Positions 20,586 through 30,668 of a stretch of DNA of 64,000 nt are shown here, in pieces. The stretch lies in IMG/VR virus record IMGVR_UViG_3300025316_001101. One strand, given 5' to 3'. The stretch is from a virus. Its lineage: Duplodnaviria > Caudoviricetes. Below the pieces are notes generated by a model. It saw only the letters and a list, made by a program, of their open reading frames with translations. It searched no databases and was not told the DNA's origin. Both the position numbers and the translations under genes were made by a program. How positions within the stretch are numbered: the first letter of the stretch is position 1; every line of letters begins with the position of its first letter.

Positions 20586-21293
20586 TTATCTCACAATTTT
20601 TATCCTACTGCGAATAATTTTCATTAAATCTTTTTTAGATCCATTACGGAATTTATGTACAGCCAATTGCGTGGCTCTTTGTCTCAACCAAAATGATGGT
20701 CCACCAGAAAGTGGAGATGGACCAAAATAACAATTAAATGTAATATCAAATGGACCGGTACAAGGTGACAAATATCCAAAAGACACCATTGGAATCTTTA
20801 AGTTTGTGCTACAAAGTATTCCTGAATCGTTAATTGATATTTTCCCCATGTAGGTTGGTGACAACGGATCAGAATCTATTATTAATGGCAATGCTGTTTG
20901 ATATTTACACACTTCATCGCACTTGAGATTACTAAAATAAAACCTCCAATTACAAGAATCATATTCACATGACAAATACATTAATGTGCCCGCATAAGAA
21001 GACGTGAAGCTCATATATGCATCTGTTATAAATGTTGAAGGATTGGCTAAAGTAAAAGTTGGCAAGGTTGACCAACATCCCTCTCCGGGCATGGGATCAA
21101 TTGATGTCGCTGTCATTTGCACGCTAGCTCCATCGATGGCAGACCACGCACTTGTGCAACACGACAAATCTTTAGGTGAGCAACACGTAGGACAACATTG
21201 TGCCCAACAGCTATCTGGCGTAACAATTGTCGGACAATCAGCCTGATCAATAAACCCTGAATCGAAACCACAATCAAATCCTGTTAACGCCAT
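20586..21293 (-). CDS. Cys-rich hypothetical (possibly virion) protein
   Basis: GFD.GFD.GF start, many Cys; divergent from tail-fibre gene. Confidence 0.55.
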   Translation of the reverse strand: MALTGFDCGFDSGFIDQADCPTIVTPDSCWAQCCPTCCSPKDLSCCTSAWSAIDGASVQMTATSIDPMPGEGCWSTLPTFTLANPSTFITDAYMSFTSSYAGTLMYLSCEYDSCNWRFYFSNLKCDEVCKYQTALPLIIDSDPLSPTYMGKISINDSGILCSTNLKIPMVSFGYLSPCTGPFDITFNCYFGPSPLSGGPSFWLRQRATQLAVHKFRNGSKKDLMKIIRSRIKIVR

Positions 21294-21344
21294 AATAGTA
21301 TGTAGAGACGATAATTCCAGGATTTAAGGTGATACATAGTCTTT

Positions 21345-24300
21345 ATGGGACAAACTGCAAGAACTCAAACTGATTTATATGCTCACCTGCCGGATCAACA
21401 AACGCAAGACATATCTCCAGAAGATGTAAGAGATATTGTCGCTTCTTGGGGGTATGATAATAGTGGCACACCACCCAAACAAGCTATAAGTGCGGCCGAT
21501 AGAAAATTATATGCCACAGGCGGTACTACAGTTGCAGCCAAATGGGACAACGCTGATGGCGATTTGAAAAATGGCGATGGCAATTATTTTATTGCTACAT
21601 ACGGGTCCGGTGGATTTGGTACATATACAACTTTACCTGCTGGAACCAATCCTGCCGGTCTACTGTATGCAACAGATGTTAATGCAGCAAACACCAGCGC
21701 TAATCTTACTTGGATTCCCAACACAAATACTTTATCTACAACCAACCTTAACGTAACTGGCTTAACAGCAAACACTTTTATATTTGCTGGGGCAGGCGGA
21801 GCACTCACTTCTGTGGCTGATAGTCGTGTCACCTGGAACCCCATCTCTTACACACTCACTATTAACAATTCGTCTTTAGCTATTACTACTGGCAATCTTA
21901 CTGTTACAGGCGGAACCATATCTGGACAAACAGTATTTACTAATACTGCTGGCACTCCTTTCTCTCCGGGATCAGTTATTTTTGTAGGAAGCAGCGGATA
22001 TGCAACAGAAAATCATGATAACTTCCATTGGAATAACTCGGGTGGCAGCTATGGTTTAAGCATTGCCACTGGTAACCATCCAAATCCCTCTACTAATGCT
22101 TTAACCATAGGCTACATAGCTTCCTCCACTGTGCCCGCTGGAGCTACCAATCTGTTTACGGTTGCTCAAAATGGTGACATAACCTTTATGGGTGACATGA
22201 CTGGAATAGTTCGTGGCACATATTCTGCCGATAAAGACAAAACAACATTTTCTTGGAATGGCCAGTATTTAGGCATTGGAAATTTTGCTGCTGGTAATAG
22301 CCCTGTTTCTCCAGGCAAACAATTAGACATATTCTGGGACTGTAAAGATCCAGGAGATTGGCCTGATAACGACCTAAACGCCCCTTACTACGATGGCTCG
22401 AATGGTTGCTTGAACTCCGCTTCTGTGCGAATCACAGGCAATCGAGACGACCTTCTGCCCGTTGCAATAGAGGTAAAGAATCTTAACGATTGTGATCCAG
22501 CCGAAACTAGACCCGATGATGATATTGCTGATTGGGGAACCGCACATGAAGCCTTTGTCCGGGCTGGCATTTATTTATCTGTTGGTAGAAGTACGCATGG
22601 TGGCCAAATATTTGCCACAAAAGACTACAATGTAAACTACGGAATAGCAAATGGATTAAACATTAGACCAAATCTTGGGGGACAAGACGTAAGCATTTGT
22701 GCGGGTTACCCAGTAGATGGTGCTGCCTCTGAACCCACATTACTCGTTCACCATAATCAGTTTGTTGGAGTTAGAACCAACACTCCAAGTCAAGTCTTTT
22801 CGATAGGAGATTATGCTACCGCATATGGAGCCCCAGAATCTTATCTTACAAATAAACTAACTGTTGATTTAGATGGAAATCTTCTCACCATATCGTCAAT
22901 TACAATTGGTGATAAATCCTTTGCTGGAAACAAGACTGGATCTAGAATAGGTATCGGATATTCATACGTTTACGGTGGCGGCAAACTTCTAGATATTTAT
23001 CAACCACGGGATAATAGCATCAATGATGAAGGAGATCCTCGTTGGCCTTTAAGTGACGATAACCCTCCTGCATATGATGACGCCTGTGGGTGTTCGTCTT
23101 CTGCTTCGGTTAGAATAACTGGCAATAGAGAAGATAAAAAACCAGTTTTCTTGGAAATCAAAAATCTAAACAAGACAGACCCACTTAGCACCAGAGACAG
23201 CCATGACAAAACCATAGATCTACACACAACACAAGAAGCTTTTGTGCGTGCTGGTATCTACATGTCTGTCGGGATCGACACCGATGGCGGTCAATTATTT
23301 GCCACAATGGACACCAACACTCCCTACGGAATAGTTAATGGACTAAATATTAGACCAAATAAAGGCGCACAAGATGTCAGTATTTGTGCGGGCACATTAG
23401 TAGAAAGTGGTGGAGGAACCGAACCCACCCTAATGATTTACCATAATGGAGGAGATAGTCTTCTCAATGGAAATGTGGCCGTAAGAGGATTAGCTCCACC
23501 CCAACGATTTACAGTAAATCCAACATATTCATTTACTGTCAATCTCAATGGCGACACAACCACGCCTCACCTGTTAGATGATTTTGGAGTTATTTTAGGC
23601 ACTCCTGCGGGCAATGCTTCTATTTCACCAAATCGCCTTAGAACATTAACAGCCAATGACGGAAACACTGCTATTGGAGGCAAAACAGCATTGGATTGGC
23701 ACGTTCCAAATGCTGCTATTATGCGAAACACATCTCTGGCTACAAATAACATTTTGCCCGTTACTGAATCGCATTATTCAACAGAAAATTCCTACATTGC
23801 ATCTATTTGGAATCTCAGTGACTCACTTAACGATAGTAAAGCCTCAAATCACTTTACCATGAAAAATGGAGTAAATGCAAGCTGTAGTCACTGGAGTACA
23901 AATACCCGTATTAATCCAGACGAAAATCCAACCTCCTCTACTGGTTCACAAATGAAATGTGCTGGAGCTAGTTTAGACTTTGTACCAGTTAATCCCGATG
24001 ATAAAAAAACTTGGCTATATGCCACATTGCCTGACGCTGATATGATAGCAGCAGGTAACACCAACAGTGCAAGTTATACACATTGGTGTTGGTCTGTTAT
24101 GGGTTGGGCCTACATACCAACTAATAATGCCAGTTGTCCAATATTTTATCTTGGTGGCGTACCCACATATACTCCTCCGTGGGCCTATAGCAGTAAAATA
24201 TACGTAGATGTAGTAAATGGAAATCCAAGATACAATATGGAAAGTTATACATCTACTAGTAGCACAACACTTACAGCAGGATGGCATCATTTTTGTCTAT

Positions 24301-26009
24301 GTTATGGATTTGAAAAATGGATAGCTGGTTCGCCCAACTACGCCTATTATAATGCAGCATTATATGTTGATGGTGTAATAGTGTCAGATCCAACCAAAGT
24401 AAACTCGCAAGGCTTACCCGCATTACACACTGCTCTTGCGGGCGATTGGGGAACAGGGGCGGGTGCTGCTACGCACATAATCGTTGGCAATGGACCTATG
24501 GTTAACGGACCCGTTGACAACATGCTGTTTGAAGAATGGGCTATTTATATTGATAAAACCACCGGCCCTCCTAGTCATAACGGATACGACCTTGGTGTAT
24601 ATCCCATATCAAATGATTACATTGCTAGTTTTGCAGCTAATCCCACAGTGCAACATAGCCAATCAAAACAAGTGTATGATCCGTCCAACAGTAGAATTAT
24701 ATTGGGACCATATAGTGCTACTAATCCAAATGGCGGCACACTATCATTCAAACATCCCTATCCCATTCCTGGATTTGGTTTAATATCAACCATAACATTT
24801 GCCAATGCGGGTTCTGGCTATGCAGTCGGAAATTTACTTTCTGTTGTTGATGGCACGGGTGTGGGCGGATTTGTAAAAGTCGCTTCTATCAGCGGTGGTG
24901 GAGGAACCGGTCCCGTTACCAGCGTAACAATAGATCATGCAGGCATAAACTATTTGGCAGGAGCAACATACTCAACAACCGGTGGTGCAGAAACGGGCTG
25001 TCAAATTATATTGCCAAGCACTACTGCAACCACCATCAATTGGGACACTGGCGGCAATATTCAAACCATTACGCTAACCAGCAATACAACATTTGCCTTC
25101 ATCAATCCAAGTGATCCTCGTAACTCTACAACTACCGCTGCTAATCTACAAATTATTATAAAGCAAGATGGAACAGGTAGTAGACTAGTTACTTGGCCAA
25201 CCATTACTTGGGCTGGTGGATCGGCTCCAACGCTATCTACTACAGCCGGGGCTGTTGATATAATCGATTTGTTGTATGATGGAACAACTTACTATGGAAG
25301 TGGAAAATTAAGTTCTTCAAATTTACTATATGAAGATTTAACATTGACATCAACACATAAAGTGATTTTCAATGCCGCCACCGAATATATCAACAGTGCT
25401 AATACTGGATATTTAGATTTACATAGTGCGTCAGATTTACGCATCACAACCGGGGCAAACAAAACCCTGGCACTTCAAGTCCCTGTTTATAATGATTTAC
25501 CGCCATTCCCACTCAGCATGGCAAGAACAACCGGAAGCACTAAACCAGATTTAGTCGCCTTCAACGGGACCACATTATATCAACAGGAATTTGCATTAAA
25601 TGCTGAAGTACATGGAAACACAGAAATAACCCATGAATATAAAGAAGGAACAGATATTGAAGTTCACATTCATTGGGCTCCTGGAGGGACCAATAATAAT
25701 GCCCGTGGAGTAAAGTGGCAGTTTGATTATCAAATAGCAAATATAAATGGAACTTTTACTGCGGGTTCTACCCTGTCTGTAGACGTAACCTTGGATGCTA
25801 ATGTCACTGCTTTTACACACCACGTTTCTGCCATGACTGCAAAGATTCCCGGAAGTGGCGTAACCATTGGAACACATATCCTGTGGCGAATAAAACGAGT
25901 GGCCACTACACACGTTAACGGCGCACCATCAACCGCCCCATTTGGAATCGCATTGGGAATGCACGTGGAAATAGACACGATGGGTTCAAGAAATTGGTAT
26001 TCAAAATAA
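21345..26009 (+). CDS. large tail-fibre/adhesin-like structural protein
   Basis: 1554 aa, G/T/N-rich beta repeats, internal duplicated module, LamG/ConA-like LTAGWHHF..YVDG segment. Confidence 0.75.
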   Translation: MGQTARTQTDLYAHLPDQQTQDISPEDVRDIVASWGYDNSGTPPKQAISAADRKLYATGGTTVAAKWDNADGDLKNGDGNYFIATYGSGGFGTYTTLPAGTNPAGLLYATDVNAANTSANLTWIPNTNTLSTTNLNVTGLTANTFIFAGAGGALTSVADSRVTWNPISYTLTINNSSLAITTGNLTVTGGTISGQTVFTNTAGTPFSPGSVIFVGSSGYATENHDNFHWNNSGGSYGLSIATGNHPNPSTNALTIGYIASSTVPAGATNLFTVAQNGDITFMGDMTGIVRGTYSADKDKTTFSWNGQYLGIGNFAAGNSPVSPGKQLDIFWDCKDPGDWPDNDLNAPYYDGSNGCLNSASVRITGNRDDLLPVAIEVKNLNDCDPAETRPDDDIADWGTAHEAFVRAGIYLSVGRSTHGGQIFATKDYNVNYGIANGLNIRPNLGGQDVSICAGYPVDGAASEPTLLVHHNQFVGVRTNTPSQVFSIGDYATAYGAPESYLTNKLTVDLDGNLLTISSITIGDKSFAGNKTGSRIGIGYSYVYGGGKLLDIYQPRDNSINDEGDPRWPLSDDNPPAYDDACGCSSSASVRITGNREDKKPVFLEIKNLNKTDPLSTRDSHDKTIDLHTTQEAFVRAGIYMSVGIDTDGGQLFATMDTNTPYGIVNGLNIRPNKGAQDVSICAGTLVESGGGTEPTLMIYHNGGDSLLNGNVAVRGLAPPQRFTVNPTYSFTVNLNGDTTTPHLLDDFGVILGTPAGNASISPNRLRTLTANDGNTAIGGKTALDWHVPNAAIMRNTSLATNNILPVTESHYSTENSYIASIWNLSDSLNDSKASNHFTMKNGVNASCSHWSTNTRINPDENPTSSTGSQMKCAGASLDFVPVNPDDKKTWLYATLPDADMIAAGNTNSASYTHWCWSVMGWAYIPTNNASCPIFYLGGVPTYTPPWAYSSKIYVDVVNGNPRYNMESYTSTSSTTLTAGWHHFCLCYGFEKWIAGSPNYAYYNAALYVDGVIVSDPTKVNSQGLPALHTALAGDWGTGAGAATHIIVGNGPMVNGPVDNMLFEEWAIYIDKTTGPPSHNGYDLGVYPISNDYIASFAANPTVQHSQSKQVYDPSNSRIILGPYSATNPNGGTLSFKHPYPIPGFGLISTITFANAGSGYAVGNLLSVVDGTGVGGFVKVASISGGGGTGPVTSVTIDHAGINYLAGATYSTTGGAETGCQIILPSTTATTINWDTGGNIQTITLTSNTTFAFINPSDPRNSTTTAANLQIIIKQDGTGSRLVTWPTITWAGGSAPTLSTTAGAVDIIDLLYDGTTYYGSGKLSSSNLLYEDLTLTSTHKVIFNAATEYINSANTGYLDLHSASDLRITTGANKTLALQVPVYNDLPPFPLSMARTTGSTKPDLVAFNGTTLYQQEFALNAEVHGNTEITHEYKEGTDIEVHIHWAPGGTNNNARGVKWQFDYQIANINGTFTAGSTLSVDVTLDANVTAFTHHVSAMTAKIPGSGVTIGTHILWRIKRVATTHVNGAPSTAPFGIALGMHVEIDTMGSRNWYSK

Positions 26010-26010
26010 A

Positions 26011-26523
26011 CTAAAAGCCAGGAGCTTCCCATTTATCTTGGGCAGGGGATCGCCTGCGAAGCGGCGATCCCCGCTTCGTTGAATCAATAAACTTTGGATT
26101 CTCAATAATGAAATACTTGCCCTCTCTCTTATTGGGATATCCATCCCTCAAAAACCTTTTCATTAAAGTGGCATAAAGTCCCTGTCTATTCGGCTCGGAT
26201 GCTGTGAAATATAATGACTTCCAACTATTCTTGTTACAAAACTCTTTGATTATTTTTATCACCGTAGAAAAGACAGCAAATGCATCCCCAGTTCCAGTAA
26301 CCATCGTGTCGCAATAACCATCATCATTCCATAAACAGAAATCTACATGATAATCATGCATACTCCATTCTCTTTTGAAATCTGATATGGCCCCAAGATG
26401 CTCCATACTGGTAAAACTCACCTGATACTCTTTGTCATCAATATTAAACATCGCCTCATGGTCATTTACCCATCGAGATGCTCGTACCGCCGTCATTGTT
26501 TCAAAAAAGTCTTTGAAGTTCAT
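26011..26523 (-). CDS. hypothetical protein, paralog of 42016-42450
   Basis: shared TGTGD..VF.TV and EP.R..LY motifs. Confidence 0.65.
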   Translation of the reverse strand: MNFKDFFETMTAVRASRWVNDHEAMFNIDDKEYQVSFTSMEHLGAISDFKREWSMHDYHVDFCLWNDDGYCDTMVTGTGDAFAVFSTVIKIIKEFCNKNSWKSLYFTASEPNRQGLYATLMKRFLRDGYPNKREGKYFIIENPKFIDSTKRGSPLRRRSPAQDKWEAPGF

Positions 26524-26550
26524 ACCCTATTTAGCAACCGCTAAAGAAAA

Positions 26551-26579
26551 AGCCCCACCCGGCTTTGCCGGGTGGGGCT
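26551..26579 (-). terminator. terminator hairpin
   Basis: AGCCCCACCCGGC-TTT-GCCGGGTGGGGCT with T-run on minus strand. Confidence 0.7.
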
Positions 26580-26653
26580 AATTAGAGAAATGCTTTTCCT
26601 CATAAAACTTTATTTTGTTTTTGAATTTTTGAATTCAGAAACTATATAAGGTT

Positions 26654-27685
26654 ATGGACAAATTAATCATATTAGATAAAATACAATTTGAATCTGCACG
26701 GGCATCGCAATTGGTGGATGTGCAGTGCCCTGAATGCAGTAAAAAGTTTCAAAGAAGAAAGAACTACATCAAAAGATCCAACAGTAGTTTCTGCTCACAT
26801 GAATGTGCTAACAAGCATAGAAGCAACAAAATAAAAATTTACTGCAAACTATGCGGCAAAGAAATTATGTTATACCCCAAGCGAATAAAAGCGAACGGTA
26901 ATTTTTGCTCGCAATCATGTATTGCTAAATTCTATCAATTACGCAACCCAAATCCACGAACCATAAACCCCATTACAAAATCGCAATATGACAAACTAAA
27001 AACACCAATGAATCTTGACGAATTTAACATATTGAAAGGCAATGATCCCGTGCCACTTGTGTGCATTGCTTGCTACAAACCATTCACACAAAAGAAACAA
27101 CTTATATGCAGAGCCATCGAACAATACTCCAATGTTGGCTATTGTTCCAGACGATGTTGCAATGCCGATAAAAGCACATTAGTGCAAATTAATTGCGAAG
27201 AATGCAATAAAAAAATATTAAAATACCCAAGCCAAATCATAAAAAACAAACACTGCTTTTGTTCTTACACATGTGCTGCAAAATTTAGAAATAAAAACAA
27301 AACAACTGGATGCCGCAGATCAAAACTAGAAGCCTTTTTAGAAGCCGAAATAAAAAGCCGCTACCCGTCGCTCAATATGGTTTGTAATGAAGTACACCTT
27401 CTTGGTGGATTAGAACTAGATTTCTATTTCCCCGATTTGAAATTAGGAATAGAATTAAATGGTATAACTCATTACGAACCGATTTATGGCATAGATCGCC
27501 TTACTCGCTCAAAAGACAGCGATAAGAGAAAAATGATTTTGTGTTATGAAAAAGGAATTGAATTAGCAGTAATTGATACATCGTCTGCTAAAAACATGAC
27601 TGTTAAAAATGGAGAAAAATTTTGGAATGAAGTAAATAACATTTTATCGCCATTAATAAAAACAGCCACGTCATGTCGCACATGA
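26654..27685 (+). CDS. putative homing endonuclease (Zn-finger repeats + Vsr/DUF559-like nuclease)
   Basis: repeated C..C/FCS..C units; ELDFYFPDLKLGIELNG..HY. Confidence 0.8.
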   Translation: MDKLIILDKIQFESARASQLVDVQCPECSKKFQRRKNYIKRSNSSFCSHECANKHRSNKIKIYCKLCGKEIMLYPKRIKANGNFCSQSCIAKFYQLRNPNPRTINPITKSQYDKLKTPMNLDEFNILKGNDPVPLVCIACYKPFTQKKQLICRAIEQYSNVGYCSRRCCNADKSTLVQINCEECNKKILKYPSQIIKNKHCFCSYTCAAKFRNKNKTTGCRRSKLEAFLEAEIKSRYPSLNMVCNEVHLLGGLELDFYFPDLKLGIELNGITHYEPIYGIDRLTRSKDSDKRKMILCYEKGIELAVIDTSSAKNMTVKNGEKFWNEVNNILSPLIKTATSCRT

Positions 27686-27694
27686 CGTGGCTGT
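27662..27694. terminator. 15-bp perfect hairpin between convergent genes
   Basis: ACAGCCACGTCATGT-CGC-ACATGACGTGGCTGT. Confidence 0.65.
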
Positions 27695-27706
27695 TCATTT
27701 CGACTA

Positions 27707-28479
27707 TTACAAAATCAACCTCAATTCACCCTTCATAACAGCCTTAATGTTACTAGTCTTCTTGCCAGTATTATGGTCTGTCACTCTGGAATCAATGAAA
27801 TTATATGTTCTGGTCTTATCTCCTCTACCAGCGTTTGCAAGTGATTGCTTGCGATTGGCATCGTATTTAGCAGCCATCTCTTTCAATCGTTTCTCATTTA
27901 CACGGGCTGTGATAATTCGCAACGCATGTTTGCGATTCTGGTGTTGATCACGTCCATCGATGACAACCGTGATGCCGGTTGGCTTGTGTTTAATACGAAC
28001 GCAAGATGCCGTCTTTTGGCGATGCTGTCCACCGGGGCCAGTGCCTATCATAGTGGTTACTTCCAATTCTGAATCTGGCAATGGCATACAATCCTGCTCT
28101 GGTGGCAAAGGAAGAACCGCTACTGCTACTACGCTAGTATGCCTTCTACCCTTGGTTTCTGTAGGCGGCACCCTCTGACAGATGTGCTTGCCAGATTCGT
28201 TCTTGAAACTTTTACCAATACCTTTGCCAGACATTTGCACTATTTTATGCCCAAATGAAGAATGTAAAATCTCTGCTTTGAAATTAAGAGACTGAACATA
28301 CCTAGCATACATGACAAGAAGCTCGTCCACGAATATTTTTGAGTCCTCTCCTCCTTCGCCAAATTGTATTTCAACGACGATCTCATGGGCACTGTCTAAG
28401 CTAAAGACAGCCCGGCAATCCCTTCAATTCTGCTTGTGGTCTTTCATTGCTAAAGTAACCTCCGATTGTGCTTGCTCAT
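27707..28479 (-). CDS. class I peptide chain release factor, RF1-type, lacking most of domain 1; predicted expression via two +1 frameshifts
   Basis: VPPT (PxT), RRHTS, GPGGQ, RTYNF..RVTDH; RF homology (EIVVEIQFGEGGED) continues upstream of track start 28330; SD-ATG at 28479 joins by CTT-TAG-C slips at 28449-28455 and 28400-28406 (256 aa). Confidence 0.88.
28400..28406 (-). promoter_or_regulatory. +1 programmed frameshift site 2
   Basis: CCG GGC TGT CTT TAG C; +1 enters RF frame. Confidence 0.7.
28449..28463 (-). promoter_or_regulatory. +1 programmed frameshift site 1
   Basis: CGG AGG TTA CTT TAG C: internal SD GGAGG 3 nt before CTT-stop-C, as in prfB. Confidence 0.78.
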
Positions 28480-28505
28480 GGTTTTTCTCCTTTTGGTTAG
28501 AGCAA

Positions 28506-28544
28506 ATAAAAAGCCCACCTTCTGCGCAGCAGAAGGTGGGCTTG
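28506..28544 (-). terminator. terminator after HNH gene
   Basis: AAGCCCACCTTCTGC-GCA-GCAGAAGGTGGGCTT plus T-run on minus strand. Confidence 0.8.
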
Positions 28545-28548
28545 GGTT

Positions 28549-29220
28549 TCAGCTATCACTCGGCATATCATTTTCTAAAGGGACTTCCCAATACATTTCT
28601 GATACTACCGCATCAAGATCTGTGATCCAGGTTTTCCAAGAACTCAGAATCTTGCCATTTGTCTTGAACAATTCAAACCGAGGCTTGAATGGTTCACGCA
28701 TCAGCTTCATGTGTGCCTGCTGCGGAGTACGATTGTCCTTGCGTTGATTGCAACGAATGCAACTAACAACACAGTTCTTCCAAGTCGTTTCTCCCCCGTG
28801 AGAGCGAGGAGTGATATGGTCGATGGTCAATTCTTCCGTACCCGGCTTTGAACCGCAGTATTGACAAGTGTAATCGTCTCGACGATGAATTGCACGCCGA
28901 GAAAACTTCACACGCTGATTTGGCAGCTTGTTGAAACTAGTCAATAATACGACTTCAGGCACACGATATGCTTCACGCACACCATGCAGAGCCAGTTCGC
29001 CCTCTTGCGGACGCAACTTACTCCAATCTTCCCAAGTGTAAGTCTGGAAGTTGGCAAACGGATCAATGATCCTAGCTTCTGGCTCTCCATCGTCCTCACG
29101 AAATAGCAATCCCATCGCCTCTTTAACCGTATCAATACGGTGAGGTGCCCAGGACTTGTTCAACACAAGTACCGGCCGTTGCAGTGATCGTGAATTCTTT
29201 CGAGCTAAAGTTACTGTCAT
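28549..29220 (-). CDS. HNH endonuclease (McrA-like)
   Basis: VLVLN, RD.YTCQYCG, TIDHI.PRS.GG..TW.N.V.SC..CN..K. Confidence 0.9.
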   Translation of the reverse strand: MTVTLARKNSRSLQRPVLVLNKSWAPHRIDTVKEAMGLLFREDDGEPEARIIDPFANFQTYTWEDWSKLRPQEGELALHGVREAYRVPEVVLLTSFNKLPNQRVKFSRRAIHRRDDYTCQYCGSKPGTEELTIDHITPRSHGGETTWKNCVVSCIRCNQRKDNRTPQQAHMKLMREPFKPRFELFKTNGKILSSWKTWITDLDAVVSEMYWEVPLENDMPSDS

Positions 29221-29292
29221 GATCTTTCTCCTTCCATCTTATTTACACCTAGTATCCTCCTTTTACCTGTCCATCGGTGCTTAGTGAACAAG

Positions 29293-29365
29293 TAGCGGCG
29301 GGTGGAGTTGAACCACCTTAAACTCGCTTATGAAACGAGCCCCTAAACCGTTCGGGCACGCCGCC
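29293..29365 (-). tRNA. tRNA-Met(CAT) (Ile2 not excluded)
   Basis: cloverleaf, loop TT-CAT-AA. Confidence 0.85.
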
Positions 29366-29565
29366 ATATTATTTGGTTATATTGTCGCCTTCGATTTTAT
29401 CAATCGAAAGTTTGTATAGTTCTGGAAAGAATCTATGAAGCCACGGATATGGCCCAGCCTTTCCAGCACGGATACAAAACAAACACAGGCAACCACTTTC
29501 ATGTTTTGAATCATTCATAATCATGCTTTTTATTATACTACAAGTCATTCATCTTGTAAAGGTAT

Positions 29566-29832
29566 TTATTGACTCCACACTCGATAAATTCCCTTCAATT
29601 CTTTTCTCGTCTGACATCTCGGTGTCGCTTGCTCACCTAAAATGCCATCTATCACCTCTGCCAACTCGGCTAATCCACTGTTTCTATTAAGATCCTCCTG
29701 TGTTAATAATAAAGTGTTGGCCGAATCTATAAAGTCAAGAAACTGCTGATGTATCGCTTCCGGCACCTCTATGACTTTAGTCTTTTTATCGCAAGGGAAG
29801 ATGCTTAGTAACTGGATCAATTTTGTCCACAT
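29566..29832 (-). CDS. hypothetical protein
   Basis: ORF overlapping Pth2 end. Confidence 0.5.
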   Translation of the reverse strand: MWTKLIQLLSIFPCDKKTKVIEVPEAIHQQFLDFIDSANTLLLTQEDLNRNSGLAELAEVIDGILGEQATPRCQTRKELKGIYRVWSQ

Positions 29833-30190
29833 AGTCTGGTCCTATCGCCAAAGCTGTCGCCGTTGGCACTCCGCTAAATTCCGTCCTACCACTGTCAATG
29901 ATTAAATGAGTTTCCAGGCCAGCTTCTTTAGCCTTTAATTCCAAAGCTTTTAACTCTTCCTCATTTTCTACCTGACAAACAACCTTGGCATAGGATGCAG
30001 CAATCCAGTCCTGTTGGGCTGGCGTAAGCTTCACTATGAATTCATCTTTTTGATTTGCTAGAATCTGTGCCTGAATTTGCCTACCGATAAACGCACAAGC
30101 GGCGTGAGCCGCTTGTGCGTCTTCCTTACCTCGGCGCACTTTCAGATCACGTCGTACCACTATCACTTGTTTTGTATCTTTTTCGCTCAT
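29786..30190 (-). CDS. peptidyl-tRNA hydrolase type 2 (Pth2)
   Basis: VIVVRRDL..R.GK..AQAAHA, KVV, DSGRTE, IGP. Confidence 0.92.
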   Translation of the reverse strand: MSEKDTKQVIVVRRDLKVRRGKEDAQAAHAACAFIGRQIQAQILANQKDEFIVKLTPAQQDWIAASYAKVVCQVENEEELKALELKAKEAGLETHLIIDSGRTEFSGVPTATALAIGPDYVDKIDPVTKHLPLR

Positions 30191-30253
30191 GATTTAACCT
30201 ATAGACACAGTATGGCCTAACAAGGTTCAGATGGAAAGTAAAGATTTCAGCAC

Positions 30254-30580
30254 CTATTTGTCAGAAGGTGGTGCTAATATCAAGAAATCCCTCACAGGAT
30301 GACCCCCACCATTGAAGTGTCGAAACAACGCTTCTACAGAATCATAGTCGTCTATGTCCTGCATCCGTTGTTCCAAATCTGCATCTGGCAGCAGTGAGAA
30401 AATTCTATTGAAGAAATCAAGCATGATTCGCTTATTTGTTCTTTTGGCAAAAAGATCCGTTATTTGTTCGGGATCATCTTGCAATGCCTGCACCTGACGA
30501 ATAATCTTGGCAACCTTATCCTTCATGGCAGATGCACTATTAGCTTGCTTGCTTTCCAGAAATTCTATAAAACGCTTCAT
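30254..30580 (-). CDS. hypothetical protein
   Basis: MKRFIEFLE N-terminus; late-type motif upstream. Confidence 0.6.
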   Translation of the reverse strand: MKRFIEFLESKQANSASAMKDKVAKIIRQVQALQDDPEQITDLFAKRTNKRIMLDFFNRIFSLLPDADLEQRMQDIDDYDSVEALFRHFNGGGHPVRDFLILAPPSDK

Positions 30581-30594
30581 GCATTTATATAGAG

Positions 30595-30668
30595 TGGGCG
30601 TGACAGGATTCGAACCTGTGACCTTTGGTACGTGAAACCAACACTCTAGCCAACTGAGCTAAACGCCC
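30595..30668 (-). tRNA. tRNA-Val(CAC)
   Basis: TTGGT-TTCACGT-ACCAA. Confidence 0.9.

Noticed and set aside
28400-28426. Selenocysteine insertion at the UGA upstream of the RF core
   Set aside because: The position is not catalytic, no Sec tRNA is in the window, and the double CTT-TAG-C frameshift explains the layout better
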